DNA of 64,000 nucleotides. Source: Neoechinorhynchus agilis (lineage: Eukaryota; Animalia; Acanthocephala). The notes beneath the pieces were generated by a model, which did no database searches, was not told the DNA's origin, and saw only the letters and a program-made list of their open reading frames with translations. Positions 11,542 to 24,420 of the stretch are shown piece by piece; within the stretch, counting starts at the first letter, position 1; each line of letters starts with the position of its first letter. The translations under genes were made by a program, and so were the position numbers. The DNA is taken from NCBI GenBank assembly GCA_051530055.1, contig CM121343.1, positions 6,356,389 through 6,420,388 on the forward strand, in the 5' to 3' direction.

Positions 11542-12326
11542 TATTTTTTGCCGGATAAAGTTTTCCTCCAAGATTTCGATAAATAGATTCAGGAATATAT
11601 TGAATTATCGTCCAGTTAAAGCAATTTTCAGAAATTATAAAAAAAACCAAAAGAAAATTGATAATATCCATTACTGTGTTTAAAGATGGTACTACAATGA
11701 AATTTTTCTCTTTATCGCGTGTTGAATCGAGAATTAAAATGTTTATTTTTTAAGTTACTGTTTCGATTATATCCTCTCATAGAATGCCAGATATGAGCCA
11801 ATTGTTTGCGATGGAAAAAACCGGAGTTAATAAAAAAATGATGTAGAACTTTGCGAAGTGTAATGAAATCTGACTTTTAAACAGACCAAAAATATCGAGA
11901 TAAAATGTGTTACAATCCTTAAGTTAGAATGTTATATACAAAAAACGCCATTAAATATAGGCTAGAGGGAGAAAGTAGAGAAATAGACAAATGTAGTAGT
12001 AACATTTTACTACATTGTTGCCATTTTTGGAGCAAATGTCATTAATAATATTTGCTTTGTTTGTGGGCGATATATTTATAGCTGTGGAGCATATTTCAAC
12101 TCATTAAGATTTTGAAAGCCTTTAAATACAAGTGTTCATTTGCTCGCACTTTTAAATACTCTCAGATACCTAAATGTTAAAATACCATCGACATTTTTAT
12201 GAGCGTATTTTGAATCATTAGCTTGTTCCACCTTCAACGAAGACAACATTGAACGTTACCATGATTTTATGTAGGTAAATAATGTCGCTGAAAAAATAAT
12301 CATGACACAATGTTTTTCTTGTTTCA

Positions 12327-12656
12327 TTAATTTATCGATTGAACATCGCTCTCTTTGGTAATAGTTTTTGAAGAGTCGTTTTCTTTAACTAATTCATTGC
12401 ATATCGATTTAGTTTTATCATTGATAGGCGCCCAAATTTCCAAAAGCTCACTTCTGCTCAATACGAAGTTATCGACAAAACAAGAAGATTCCTTCATCTT
12501 TAAATCATCGGGTCGTTTCTTAAGAATAAACAACGATGTATATTGATCTTTTACGCAATGAAATCCATTTACAGTGACGCCGGTTTCGACCTGGAGGATT
12601 CCTCCATTACAGTTGCGTTCGAAAAATGAAGTAGGCATTATAACCAGTTTGCGCAT
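12327..12656 (-). CDS. Probable last exon of an uncharacterised multi-exon gene
   Basis: 109-codon open frame directly after a ttttag acceptor; small upstream exon-like segments with GT donors at ~12750 and ~13180. No family recognised. Confidence 0.3.
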   Translation of the reverse strand: MRKLVIMPTSFFERNCNGGILQVETGVTVNGFHCVKDQYTSLFILKKRPDDLKMKESSCFVDNFVLSRSELLEIWAPINDKTKSICNELVKENDSSKTITKESDVQSIN

Positions 12657-15171
12657 CTAAAATTATTCCAACGTTTTTACATTTACAGAATTCAGATTAG
12701 TTAAATCTGATTATAAAATCGCGTAAATGCTGAAACACTGAATTACATCAAGAGAAAATCCTTCAGGACAATAGAGTTGGCGATGTGATAATTATAGTCC
12801 CCCCACGGATAAAAATTACTTTGTTGAATTAAGATATTTTTATCCGGGATTATAATCACAAGCCACATTAAATGTAAGCTTTTTTATTAAAATTAAGAAT
12901 TTTTTACCAAAAATAGAATATTGGTGAAATAAAATCAATTTTTGATACAAATGCATCATAAATGGTCCTCAAAAGCACTTCATTGATAAAAAAGAAATAT
13001 AAAAAACTCATGATCACACTTTTGGAAACCTTAAAACAAATTGTTTTTTAACAAACTACAATATTGAAATTTGCAGTTTACATTTAAACTATTAATTCAA
13101 AACTCGCACTAATTTACAAGGGGGATGGCATATATTAAGACTCATTTTTTTCATTTACATTACTGAATTATACCGTGAAATTGAAGGCTTTTTAGTTGCA
13201 GTTTTCAATTTCTTCAATTCGACGCTACTGCATTTGCTAGGTTGGATCGCTTTTGTTTTAACACAAGTCACAAATTGTCCAACAGAAGAAAATCCCGCTA
13301 AGATTTACTGAAGCAAGACTAGGAAAGATAAAATGTTTACAGGATATCAAAAACATGAGTATCACTATTCTTTTGAAGCGGCCGGATTTCTCATTTGTAT
13401 GTAGAAACAATAAGAATCAAGCGATTTTTCCAGGGGCTACAGGGTTCAACAAGGCTCACTCCAGTTTCGTCAATTAAAAAAAGCAATTTCTGAAAAACCT
13501 TGAGGCTTAAATCGATTACCTAAAGTAGTTTTGTAACATCCCTCACGGAATCCAGTCTCATTTTTTAAAGCTTCTCCGGTATCGGAATCGCTTTTGTGCG
13601 AAACATATTACGAAGAGTATCGACCATCGTTTGTTGAAGTGTTCAAAAATAGAGTTTTGAATGGTTATCAAAGGATTTAGAACCCCTTGAAATTTCCATG
13701 AGTTTCAGCTTCAACTGACAAAAAATTAAGCTTGCCGCATTTGCCGATAAAATGCTCAATGAATTGAGCTACCTATGACGATTGTTAGTACGTTTGAAAA
13801 ACTAAATGGCATTTTATCGCTTATGGATTGCAGCTTATTACAACATTTTTAGCCAGCAAGCTCAGATAATCATTCAATAAGCCATATTGGTCCCAATCAT
13901 ATTCGTATTTTCTTTTCAAGAAGCGCAAATATCAAAACACCTCAACTTCGCCGTTGACAGATAAACTCAGCGAATGACTTATTGAAAGGTGCTGCTGTAA
14001 GGCACATTGTAAAGATATTCATCATTTACTTTTCTAGTTGATAATTGGCTATAACTAGAGTACTTGCAAAAAATTGCAATAAAAATTCTCATTTTATACA
14101 AAAAAATTCCATTGTCTTAGCATTGATTGATGTTCGCTGGTGCTCAAAATAATAGATGAAAATACGAGAGTCAATTGTGTAACAATACTTTTAGTCTCTT
14201 CCAAATGTTTATATGGCGGATCCTTCATTTTTAAAAGATACGCTCAATTTAGCGCTAGGTGAGAACATTCCTCAACTTGGACTATTGCAAATTGAGTGTG
14301 AAGTTGAACTCTTTCGACAGAGTGTCAAACTGAGTGTACGATTGGGATATAGCTAATTCAAAAGTTGCTTACAATCGCGGACATGTTACGCTCATGTTGT
14401 TCATACAAGATCTTATGAGCATTTTAGAAGGGCCATATCTTTTCAATCAGTTAAACTTGTTTCATTGAAGATTGGGGATACTCTCTTTTTTTTGTTTAAT
14501 TTCAAACCTCAGACACCTGTCAGTTTGTGCGAGACAATTATCTCATAGTCAACAATTTTCGCTTCCCGTTGACAGCAAAAAGTAGAACACGGCGGTTCCT
14601 CGAAGAAAGGTCGCAATGTTCAATACGCGTGACTTCTCATTTTTTTTAGAAGTGTGTGGAAATGGGAGATGAGAGGGATGCAGTTTAAGCAGCCAGGCCA
14701 AACTCTCGTCTACCGACGTGTAAAGCAGTCAGTACACTGACGTGCTCGGTTATGTCTGCATGTGGATGCCACTTTAAATGACTGTTCAGCCCGGGATGGA
14801 GTTGTGTAGGTGCAAATCTGATCTAAGATACATTAGAACACGTCGAGATAAGAAGTATGACTATAGAATGTCATACCGGGGGGTGGGGAGCATTTAGCGT
14901 TCATACTATCGATATCTGACTTTTGAACTTACTTAATTTTTGCAGATGACTCGATCGTAGCTTTCGAACGAAAATTAGATAAGTTTTCACGTATTTTCCT
15001 TGCTTTTTTGTGCGGTGTAAGTATTCACTTGCCTTGATTGTGATAATATCTAAGGATTTTAGGCAATGCAGCGGGCGGAATCTCTAAATTTCATTACTGA
15101 ACATCCGTGCGTAGTAACCATCGCGGTTTTTCATGTTGCACTCTATAACATAACCCCGCCCCAGTCTAATT

Positions 15172-16718
15172 TTGACTCACTCGTGCCACCTATGCAGCAA
15201 GTGCACTTGTCATGCTTCCCATAACCATAGCTCCTGTTCAAGCAAAGCTTTTAGATTTGCTGCGAAAGGAAAAGATCAAATGCTGGATGAGCGATCCACT
15301 GCGCATCCGTCTAATACTCATAGTCGTGTGTCCCCAAGAAATATCTCCATTCAACGTTCATCCAACGATATCGATATTCGGCATCCATCAATTATACGAA
15401 TGCAACCAGTCCGGCACAGATTAATCAAGTTGCACCAACAAATGAGTACCGATAATCTACCTGGACATAATACAGATCCTAAAGTCGGTCTGAAACAACC
15501 CGTGATGAGGGTTAAATCCGAATTCAGATCGACGAAGAATGCCGATCATCTGAATAACAGGAAGTCTGAAATTTTAATGAACCGTAATAACGAAGTAATG
15601 TACTCCATTAACAGTACGGTAAGTTGTTGCTTGGGCCAACGGTGCGTTTTAGAACTTACAATATAATGTAATGTCAACTCATTTGAAGAGAATCCCGCCA
15701 ATTCACAATCTCTCGAGTGAACACTATGTCAAAAGACCAAGCGAACCTCAAAAAATCTTTATAGTAAGACATGGCGAGAGAGTGGATTCCACTTTCGGTA
15801 TTAATTGGATTGATGCTGTTTTTGATAAGGACGGTATGAATGCCTAACCGCTCATTCACATTATAATTTATCAGTTTAGGACATTACAGAAGGCTTAATT
15901 TAAACCTTCCACGGAAAATCCCCGTTCGGAAATCAGTTCGAGACTTTTTGTTTGACCCACCGCTAACGGAGCTTGGACTTATACAAAGCAAAATCATCGG
16001 TTAAAAACAAGCATAAAAAACTTCAAGAAAATTTTCTGTTTTAGGTGAAGAACTATTGAACAGTGGCAGTAAAATTGACTCTTGTTATTCCTCTCCAGCA
16101 CTTAGATGCGTTCAAACTGCTTCTATGATTCTCGAGGGTAACGTCAAGTTGTAATTTTGCCCTTCAAAAGTGTCATTTATGTTTATAGGATTTCAAAGAA
16201 AGGATATTAATATACGAATAGAACCATGCTTGTTTGAATTTCTTAAGTGGCACCCAGTGATGCCAATGTCAAATCCATTCATGAGTATTGAAGAACTAAA
16301 GCGCAATGGATACAATGTGGACATCGCCTATAGACCAGTTTACCCACTTGAAAGTTTACGAAAGGATGAGGATGAATCAATGTTCTACACTCGATCACAT
16401 GCCGTGATGCTACAAATAATTAGAAATCATGAACCAAGAAGTATGTTCAATAAATACTATCATTTAACCCAAAAAAATCTTACAGAGAATCACATACTCA
16501 TTGTTGGTCATGCGCCAACTTTGGAAGTAACAACGAGGCAACTGCTGGGATCAGCGCCAAGAATAAAGGATTTAAAGCTACTAGTGCGGCAGATTCCATA
16601 TCTTTCACTTCAGACAATTGAACGTCAGCAGGACAATCAATGGAAGCTCAAGAAGCCACCAATACCACCTCTGAAACATTGTGCATTGGAACCGTTTGAT
16701 TGGAAACACATTCGATGA
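15172..16718 (+). CDS. UBASH3/Sts-1-like histidine phosphatase (5' end unresolved)
   Basis: KIFIVRHGERVDSTFGINWIDAVFD, DPPLTELG, YSSPALRCVQTA, IRIEPCLFE and ILIVGHA motifs; five canonical GT-AG introns of 34-51 nt. Confidence 0.8.
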
Positions 16719-17198
16719 GCAATGAATAAAAGTCTAATCACTTAGCGATGTCTTTACATCTTTGGGAATATCTTTAGTTTAAGAAAATCCATCGTCTGTA
16801 CAAATATAAACCGTTGACAGGTAAAAACTATGTCCATGTTTCATGGTTAAGTTTAAGCACAAGTTTAAATTTCCTTGTAGCTTCCCGAATAGAAAGGCAA
16901 GATTTGTCATTCACAATTCGAATTTGCAGTTTAAGAAATAGAGGCTCCTAAAAAAATGGGTGCTAACATTATTTTTATCTACCGAATAATCTAGCTGATA
17001 AAGTGCAATTCGACTTTTTATAGGTGGACGTAAAACCGGACTGAAAATTTAAACGATTTTGGTGGGACGAATTCGAGGCAATTTTTTTAATGACCGGCGA
17101 TCACTCTTATTTGTAAACGCGCACTTTAATTTTCCTTCAAATTTTATTAAAATAGGGATAAATAGAGATGAACCGTGGACTTATGCTTAAGTGGAAAT

Positions 17199-20100
17199 TC
17201 AATTATTGCAAATAAAAGCATAGTTATTGCCCAGAAATCGACTTCTTAGAACACTACTCCGATATGTGCCTGATATTCCCGAACGACGATCATTACGAGA
17301 ATACAAATTCTAAAATTTTGGATAGCAAAATACCACTTTGATTCTAGGTGATTGGAATGCAATTTTCGGATCAGCGAATTGCATTTTAGGTGGGAAACGA
17401 TGACCGAATTTCCTTTGTCCGTAAACACGCATTTTACACTGTTATGATTTGAAGGAAATAAAAAGATTTAATAATTAGAATGAAAAAAGACGTTATATTA
17501 CCTTATTTTAAGCACCATAAATGATCTAAAAACATAACGTGTGCAAATTTAGGAATCGCTCAAGATTTTGTGCTAAAATAAACTCAAATATTAAAGCGGA
17601 ATCATGAACAAAAATAGCACAAAGTAATGAAATGCGCCGATTTTTCAGTCTGCAGCAATGAGCGCAGTGAAAAAAACGGAAAAAAATAAATGACCTCAAA
17701 TCACGGTGCAAAATATATACAGTTTGCGCATTGATTTTAAAACAATCGACGTACATTCAATAGGAATCAAATGGTATACTCATATGAGCTTTTATACGTC
17801 TTCGGCGATAATGGATTTTGAACTCTTTGACCCTGAGACAGAGATTCGGATCCATGCCCATTAGACCACCTCGAAACAACTAAGGAATGTACAAACTCTG
17901 CCCGTTTTTAGCTTGGGCTATTTATTGATTTATTTTTAGCTTTAAATCGGGTTAGCCGGTTACTTTTTTATTGAGTGTTGAAGTTAACATGCCTTACACG
18001 ACTGATTATTTTCCTTAGACACACAGCACACCGATATCTCGGATCAGGGAAGCTCATAAAATCAAAACTCACGGAGGTTGAGTAGCAAGTGGTTTTATGC
18101 GTTTCCTTTGACAATATCTGGGGGCTGTGTGTCCAAGGAAAATAATTAGCCGTGTAAGCGATGCCCATTTCAGCACTTAATATTATCATTTATCACAGTA
18201 CTGTTATTTCTATTGTTTAAGCTTTTACTTTGAAGTTAAAACATTTAATCCGAAAATTAACATCATCGAGGAATATCTAACTGCGGTGATTTATAACCTT
18301 GTTGGAGATTACTGTGAACAGTCATGCTTACATTCGAGAAAACTCTTTTGCTATAATTACCGTAATTTATATTATTCAATCCATGAGTACAATTATAAAC
18401 ACAGCTCAAATGAAAAGTAAACATTATCGTATTTTTAAGAACCTCCCGTTATTTTTTACATTTTTCTGTTTATACGTCGAATCTCATGAATTAATTGTGG
18501 AATCCTGATTAGCCGTTTGTGCTGCTTTAACCACAATTTCATTATTTAGATAGGATGATCGAAAGTGGCACGGGAAACCAGTAGCTTCGTATATTCCATC
18601 TAAACAAACAACAATTTCGAACTTTTCAGACATAAAATTTTCCGGCCCGAGGCCAAATAAAGGGCTTTCTGAAGTAATGACATGCACAAGTCTGATCGGA
18701 ACCGGTATACATAATAGAGGATGAGAAAATGACTGGATAAAATTCAAACTGGAACAATGGTATTTGATAACTTCCCCTTCACTTGTACGCCGATGACGAT
18801 AGCAAAGTGCTCTTATCCTTGCGTGGATTATTTCAGACCGGTCGTAGTTTGCGACTTCGAATTGTAGTTGATAAAATCCGTCCTTGTACTTAAGATAAGC
18901 TGTAGGGTCGAAGTATATCCCACTAGTTGGATTTTTTTAATAGCAAAAGATTCACTGGTTTCAAGTAACCTTCAAACAATGGACGTGAAAATAAATTAGA
19001 ATTAATAATGGTTGACATGAAAATAATAAAAAAAGTTTTTCTCATAATAAAATTTGCATTTGCAAAATGTAACAAAGTCCACTGTTCCCATTAACTTCTT
19101 TGCCAGTCTTAGGATTTGTGTTCAAAGATGCCGACTCTAGGCTATAAATTGTATTCAAAATTAATTTTCTGAGTTGCTTTGCATGTATCCTATAGTCACA
19201 ACTATTTCTAAATTTCATTGGGTTTAAAAGCTAAGAAATTCACCTATTCTACATAGAGATTTTGTTCCTTATGATTTATTTCACATTGTTCGGCACTCGG
19301 CTTTGCCATAACTGCGACATGCTCGCAATCCAAATACTGATGAAAATGGAATGCTTTAATATCCATGGGCAAACATCAAACACTAAATGTTTTTGTACTT
19401 GGTGGAAAAGCTAGCAATAATCTGTAACCGCATACTGGAATTCAGAAGAGAAGTTAATCTATAAATGGCTGCTAATTTCACTAATTTCCATAAAAATTTA
19501 CGCTAAATATCCGCAAAAAGGGCTAAAGATGAAAACTCAATGCTTCCATAAAAGCTCTACAAGTAGTAATTTTTTCGGACGCGGGACTGTTAGCACCAAA
19601 TATCAACTGATCTATTACGCATTCTATGATATTTGTGAACGTATTTTGAATTTGATTTCTATCACACTTCGTGGATAACATAAATGCAGTAGAGGAGCAG
19701 AGATTGGGACTTTGAGATCAGTCCAATGCTCGTTTCCTTGTACCTCGAAGTGAACGGATGTGACAAAGCTTTAAGGGCCGAGTATACGTTGAGTTGGGCT
19801 TTGTGGAATAAAAATAAAAGCAGCTCCATTAGCGCCACAACAGTGAATGGTCGCTGTCCCTCAATATTCTCGATTTATCTATTAATTGGATAAACGTTTT
19901 CCCCCAAATAACGTCGCATGATGTTACGCGAGTATAATATGCCGTATTTGAGTCTTATAGTTTATAATTAATGTCGAAAAAGTATAATTAAAAATTCTTA
20001 ATTAGCTTTACACTGTTTTTAAGTGCCAAAGGAAAATAATCAGCCATGTAAGCGATGTTCACTTCAACCCTTATCAAAAAAGTAACCGGCTGGCTATCCG

Positions 20101-21686
20101 AATTGCCCCTTCCGAGGGACCGAAATAGAAGGGGTTAAAAGGAAATACGAAAATAATCAAAAATTTATTGAGAGAAGCTACGATTGTAATCTTAAATATT
20201 TCGAATCGCCATTCTGGGTAATGACTTCGATTTGATTAGTTCAAATTTGAACGTACCTTTGTGCGCGTAGTGTAAACGATCACCTTCAAACCAATACGAA
20301 TCTTTTTTAATACAGTAGCCTATGGGCATGGGTTACTAAGTACATTCAGAGTAGTAAATAGTTTTGTTAATGCGATACTTTGGGCTATGTTTCAACTGAA
20401 GCCGAATGGTGCAGCTTTACGGGGGTTTTCATATCGCAGTTGAGCCAATAAACCCTTAATCTGTCATGCAAACGTGAATTAAAAAACCTGTTAAAATAAG
20501 TAAATGTCATCGATTCTATGCTGATTTTAAGTCATATATTAAATGCAGCTCAAAATAAGACTGGAGCGCAAAAAAGATTCATTATTCGAAAATTTTAAGA
20601 GCATAAATGGTTTTAAAGTCAATTATTAATCTTGAGGATTAGCTGTCAATTATTTTAATCGATAGCGTAAGCTTAAATTTTCTTGTTTTGCAATACAAAA
20701 AAACAATCAGTTATTTTGACTTTAAGGGAAACATTTCATACAAAAGCTTTTTGTTTTTATTCCGGGTTACAAAAAAAGTAATTTTAAAGAAGCAAGTCTA
20801 ACATCAGGTCATTCTAAAATGTTAAACAAAATTTTATAACCGCCGAACTCTGTGCTGTTCGATTGTTGCAGTATGTAAAATAATTTGCAATGAAACATTA
20901 GGTCGAATAAATATTAAACGAAAACCAAGATGGACAATTACACCATTGGTGCACAATTTTAGTTTGAATATTATTACAAACTGAACAAAAAGATCGTTTC
21001 GGTGAAAGAAGAGGCACAATAATGCGAAAATAGATTTAAAAAGTAAATTTTTCGTAAATGTCCTTGTTAGAACCACGGTGAATCTGGCCATTCTATGTGG
21101 TCTAGCGAATTTCATGTATACTGCTTGTGCGGTAATGTTTTGAATAAATAAGGCCGTGATTGATTGGATGATAAGAAGCACAATCGTAGCGAAACAATCG
21201 AGAGTAGGTCTACGTCCACCATATCCTATGGTATGTTGAGTTTCTATCGAGAACAGAAGAGAACTTTTAAAGTCGTTAAGGTCAATAACACAAACTGAGC
21301 CAAGTGCTGCATTCGATAATCGGGATACATTTTGACTTTCATGCGAAGCGAAGTTATTAATTCTATCGATATTTCCGTGCTGTGAACTAACCATGTAGTA
21401 TAAAATAGCAAATATTATCCAAGATGAGGCAAAAACCAGGATGTGAACAAGCTATGAGGATACATTATATAACCCATATCTCATCGCCTGCATAAATCAA
21501 CAATAACCTTCTCCATGAATAAAGACTCATGAAAACGAGGACGTTAGAAATCGGAGAATGTGGTGCTGCTCCATCGTATACGACTTTAATATCTCCTGAT
21601 TTCGCAACTAAGCGACCTCGATGGGCATTGCTGGCTCCTGATTCGGTAGTTTCACGCCTTGTGACACTTGGCGAGTTGTCAGCCAT
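17199..21686 (-). CDS. Inward-rectifier potassium channel (Kir family), >=4 exons
   Basis: FSIETQHTIGYG selectivity filter, KFARP, DGFYQLQFEVANY, EGE, FEIVVCLDGIYEATG, RSSYL, GHRF. Last exon and stop uncertain; three junctions look non-canonical. Confidence 0.9.
17805..18180. mobile_element. Fragments of the tRNA-headed hammerhead repeat family: leader+head (17805-17910, -), 3' part (17950-18075, -), 3' part (18085-18180, +)
   Basis: aaaacgggcagagtttgtacattcc...tcgaggtggtc...gagttcaaaatccattatcgcc and gattttatgagcttccctga...ctgtgtgtctaaggaaaataatc...aataaaaaagtaaccggct match segments of 50485-50822. Confidence 0.75.
20025..20097 (+). mobile_element. 3' tail fragment of the same repeat family
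   Basis: aaggaaaataatcagccatgtaagcgatgttcacttcaacccttatcaaaaaagtaaccggctgg. Confidence 0.7.
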
Positions 21687-22059
21687 CCAAACTCCTTTCC
21701 GTTTGGATGTATACGACGAAACGTACGGTGTTTGTCAGTGATTCAGGTTTAGTTTTGATTCACAAAAGTTGCATACCTTATGAAGGATCTGAATTAGCAA
21801 AAATTTGTTATTTTTGAGATTGTGGCATAAATTCCGCTTCATGCGGATGACCATCGAACAGTGGTTGTGTAATTTGAATTGAACAAAGGCGAGATAGCGT
21901 TAGTTAACGTCTCAACTTTTATGTCTCGTTGAATCATATTTTTGAACTTACGACATTTGTACAGCCTCACGATTCTACACTTTGAGTAATTTAAACATAA
22001 TCTTTCATTTGAATAATTGATTCGATTCGGTCCAGTTTCATAGATAATGACTGATTCTA

Positions 22060-23830
22060 ACTTTACACGTTGAACAAGGTGGACCCTTACTTTGTGTGCA
22101 GGATTGGATATAGTGGTATCCAATAATTTTCGTTCATCTCTACTCAAACCGTCCGGCTCGAGAAGAGATGGAATTTCGTGGATGCATCCAGCATTCCCTT
22201 TCCGAATTGCTGATTCTCACCTTGGTTCAAAAATTATGCGGTGCATGGTTCGACGGCATCAATTGTATCCATAGCGAGAGAGGTTGGAAAGTGTGGAGGG
22301 ACAGATCGAGGAATTTTTATTTCTTAACTTTTCTGTGCCATTTTCGCCAATTCACCGGCTCCTGAAACTGCAAGGGAAAAGTTGCTCTTAGCATTCGTAT
22401 TCGGACAAATGAAATCCCAATGAGACGGCCTGCCGTCCGGTCTTTTTCGTTCATCTCTACTCAAACCGTCCGGCTCGAGAAGAGATGGAATTTCGTTGCC
22501 ATTGCCCCAATGTTTTAGAGCATTCGCCATGCTGTGGCTCGTTTTGTGGCAACCGAGTCCGTGGATTCCGGTGCTGTCCGTCTTGGCAACTCACTTTCAT
22601 GTCGCTAGGATTGAGCAAGCCACGAATAAGCCTAATGTTCAAGCGAGACCAAATGAGCGGTCATCCATTTTAGTATCAAAGAACCGGATTAGTAAATCAT
22701 TAAGAAAACCACTGGACAATTTGGTTGCGGCCGCGAGTAGGTGTGCTCGTTCTATGGGGTTAGCACAAGAGTCAAGGAGGTCTCGGAATTTCTTCTCAAA
22801 CCATGGGTTTGACCAGTATTTTTGTATTGATGTACCGGTCGGGACAGACAGTTTAGGTCTTTTTACTCCAGTATTCAATTGCGATTGAGTACGATTGGTT
22901 GTATTGGTAATTGGAACGATCGACGGCTTTTTATATCTCTCCCCATGTGATTCAAAAGCGAAGCTTGACGCGGTGCTGAGTCGGAAAGTTCAACATTCAA
23001 AATTTCGGTCATTGTGTGGCGGATACCTTCGTTGAACGTGGCAAGGGTTTCTTCGCTTTGGAAACACGGAGCACAGCGAAGGAGTAAATTCGATATCGTC
23101 GGAGAAGACAGTGTTGAAGGATGAAGTAGGCGTCGTGTTTCGCCAATTTTAGTATCTTCTCCGTTACTTCACTGAGTTTATTTACTGCCGATTTTACTAA
23201 TTATCAAGATAAAATTTGCCTCCGAGAAGTACACCGAGTGGGACATTGAGGAGAGAATGTATTGTTGGAACGTTTTTTCTAATGATATCGTATTTTTCGG
23301 ACCTTAGAGGCAATTCCAGTAAGAGGGTACTGATAAGTCCACCTATGCAGCCGTCGTATAGATACTAAATAGCCAGAGTCGACGAAAGGCTGTGGTTTAG
23401 CTCACTGATAGTAAATGCGAACAGAAAAAGGTCGAGTGAATCGCCATGTTGAACACATTCTCGAGGTGGTCAACTATCAAGTCTTTGTCGTAACACATTG
23501 CGACGAATGGTAATAAGCTCAGGAACTCCTTTCAGTTTATAACTGCATTGTGGTTAATCGAATTGAAGACATTCGCGAATGGCAGAGGAACCCTCAAGGT
23601 CATATTCGGCAAAACCTCGGCTCCTTCAGGCATACCAACACCAAGGGAGATACGATTTTGCAAGCAATCTCGGCAGCTAATCGGTCCAAAGTGCAACTAA
23701 TTGCAATTGGCCTCACCCCGCCGTCTCTTTTGCTAAACGCCGGCAATATTCGTTGCAGCAGTGATCAAATAGAATTTTTATTTAACTCATGGAATACAAA
23801 TCGTGCTTGTGGCTAAAATATATCCATGAC
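22060..23830 (-). mobile_element. Decayed CRE-like non-LTR retrotransposon (RT + RLE), with an internal duplication
   Basis: Frameshifted motifs FSKRDGGVRPIA, QHGDSLDLFLFAF, YLYDGCIGG, LEPDGLSRDERKRPDG, WDFICPNT; 22129-22180 duplicated at 22445-22495. Confidence 0.85.
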
Positions 23831-24420
23831 AGCGTTGCTTTCAAATATCATCCAAACGGCGCAATGGAGCCTTGCACTGTTTCTGTGATTATAGTATTAG
23901 GTTTTAGCAAACATTTACGGTTGATGTGGCGATAGGCTACTCATATAGCAAATTCTAGAGTGGTGCTTGATCTACGAGAAAGTTGTGAAAGTCATTAATA
24001 TTTGTGCCTGCAACACTACGGGAACTCAAAGCAGTCAACCCAAAATCAAATGATATGATTGATCAAAGGTAACAAAATGTGTATTATATTGTGCTGTCGC
24101 TTAGTTTTGAAATGTCGTGAATTTAAAAGCTAATAATTGAAAGATCATCTTATTAACTTGTTTTGACCCTTTGAATTCATGTATATAATAATTACCTTAT
24201 TCTAAATTTTTAATGCGTCTGTGTGGATATGTCCAAAGGATGCTTAAACGCTCTTTTAAAGAATTTCATTGAAAAATGCGAAGATTTTATACTTCGTTTC
24301 ATGCAGGTTACTCAAATTAGACTTTAATTATAGCAGTGCTTATTAAATGTAAGAATGCCATGATAGCGAAAGTAGTCTTTAAATGCTACTTGATTAAAAT
24401 AAAACCCTAATAGATCCAAT

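Noticed and set aside
13560-14500. Coding-like plus-strand stretches (e.g. MADPSFLKDTLNLALGENIPQLG)
   Set aside because: Short frames with no recognisable family and no consistent exon chain; may be a real gene but cannot be supported here.
21455-21466. U12-type introns as the explanation for odd junctions (GTATCCT is present here)
   Set aside because: The motif sits at the 3' end of the segment rather than at a donor, and no RTATCCTT is found at any of the predicted 5' junctions.
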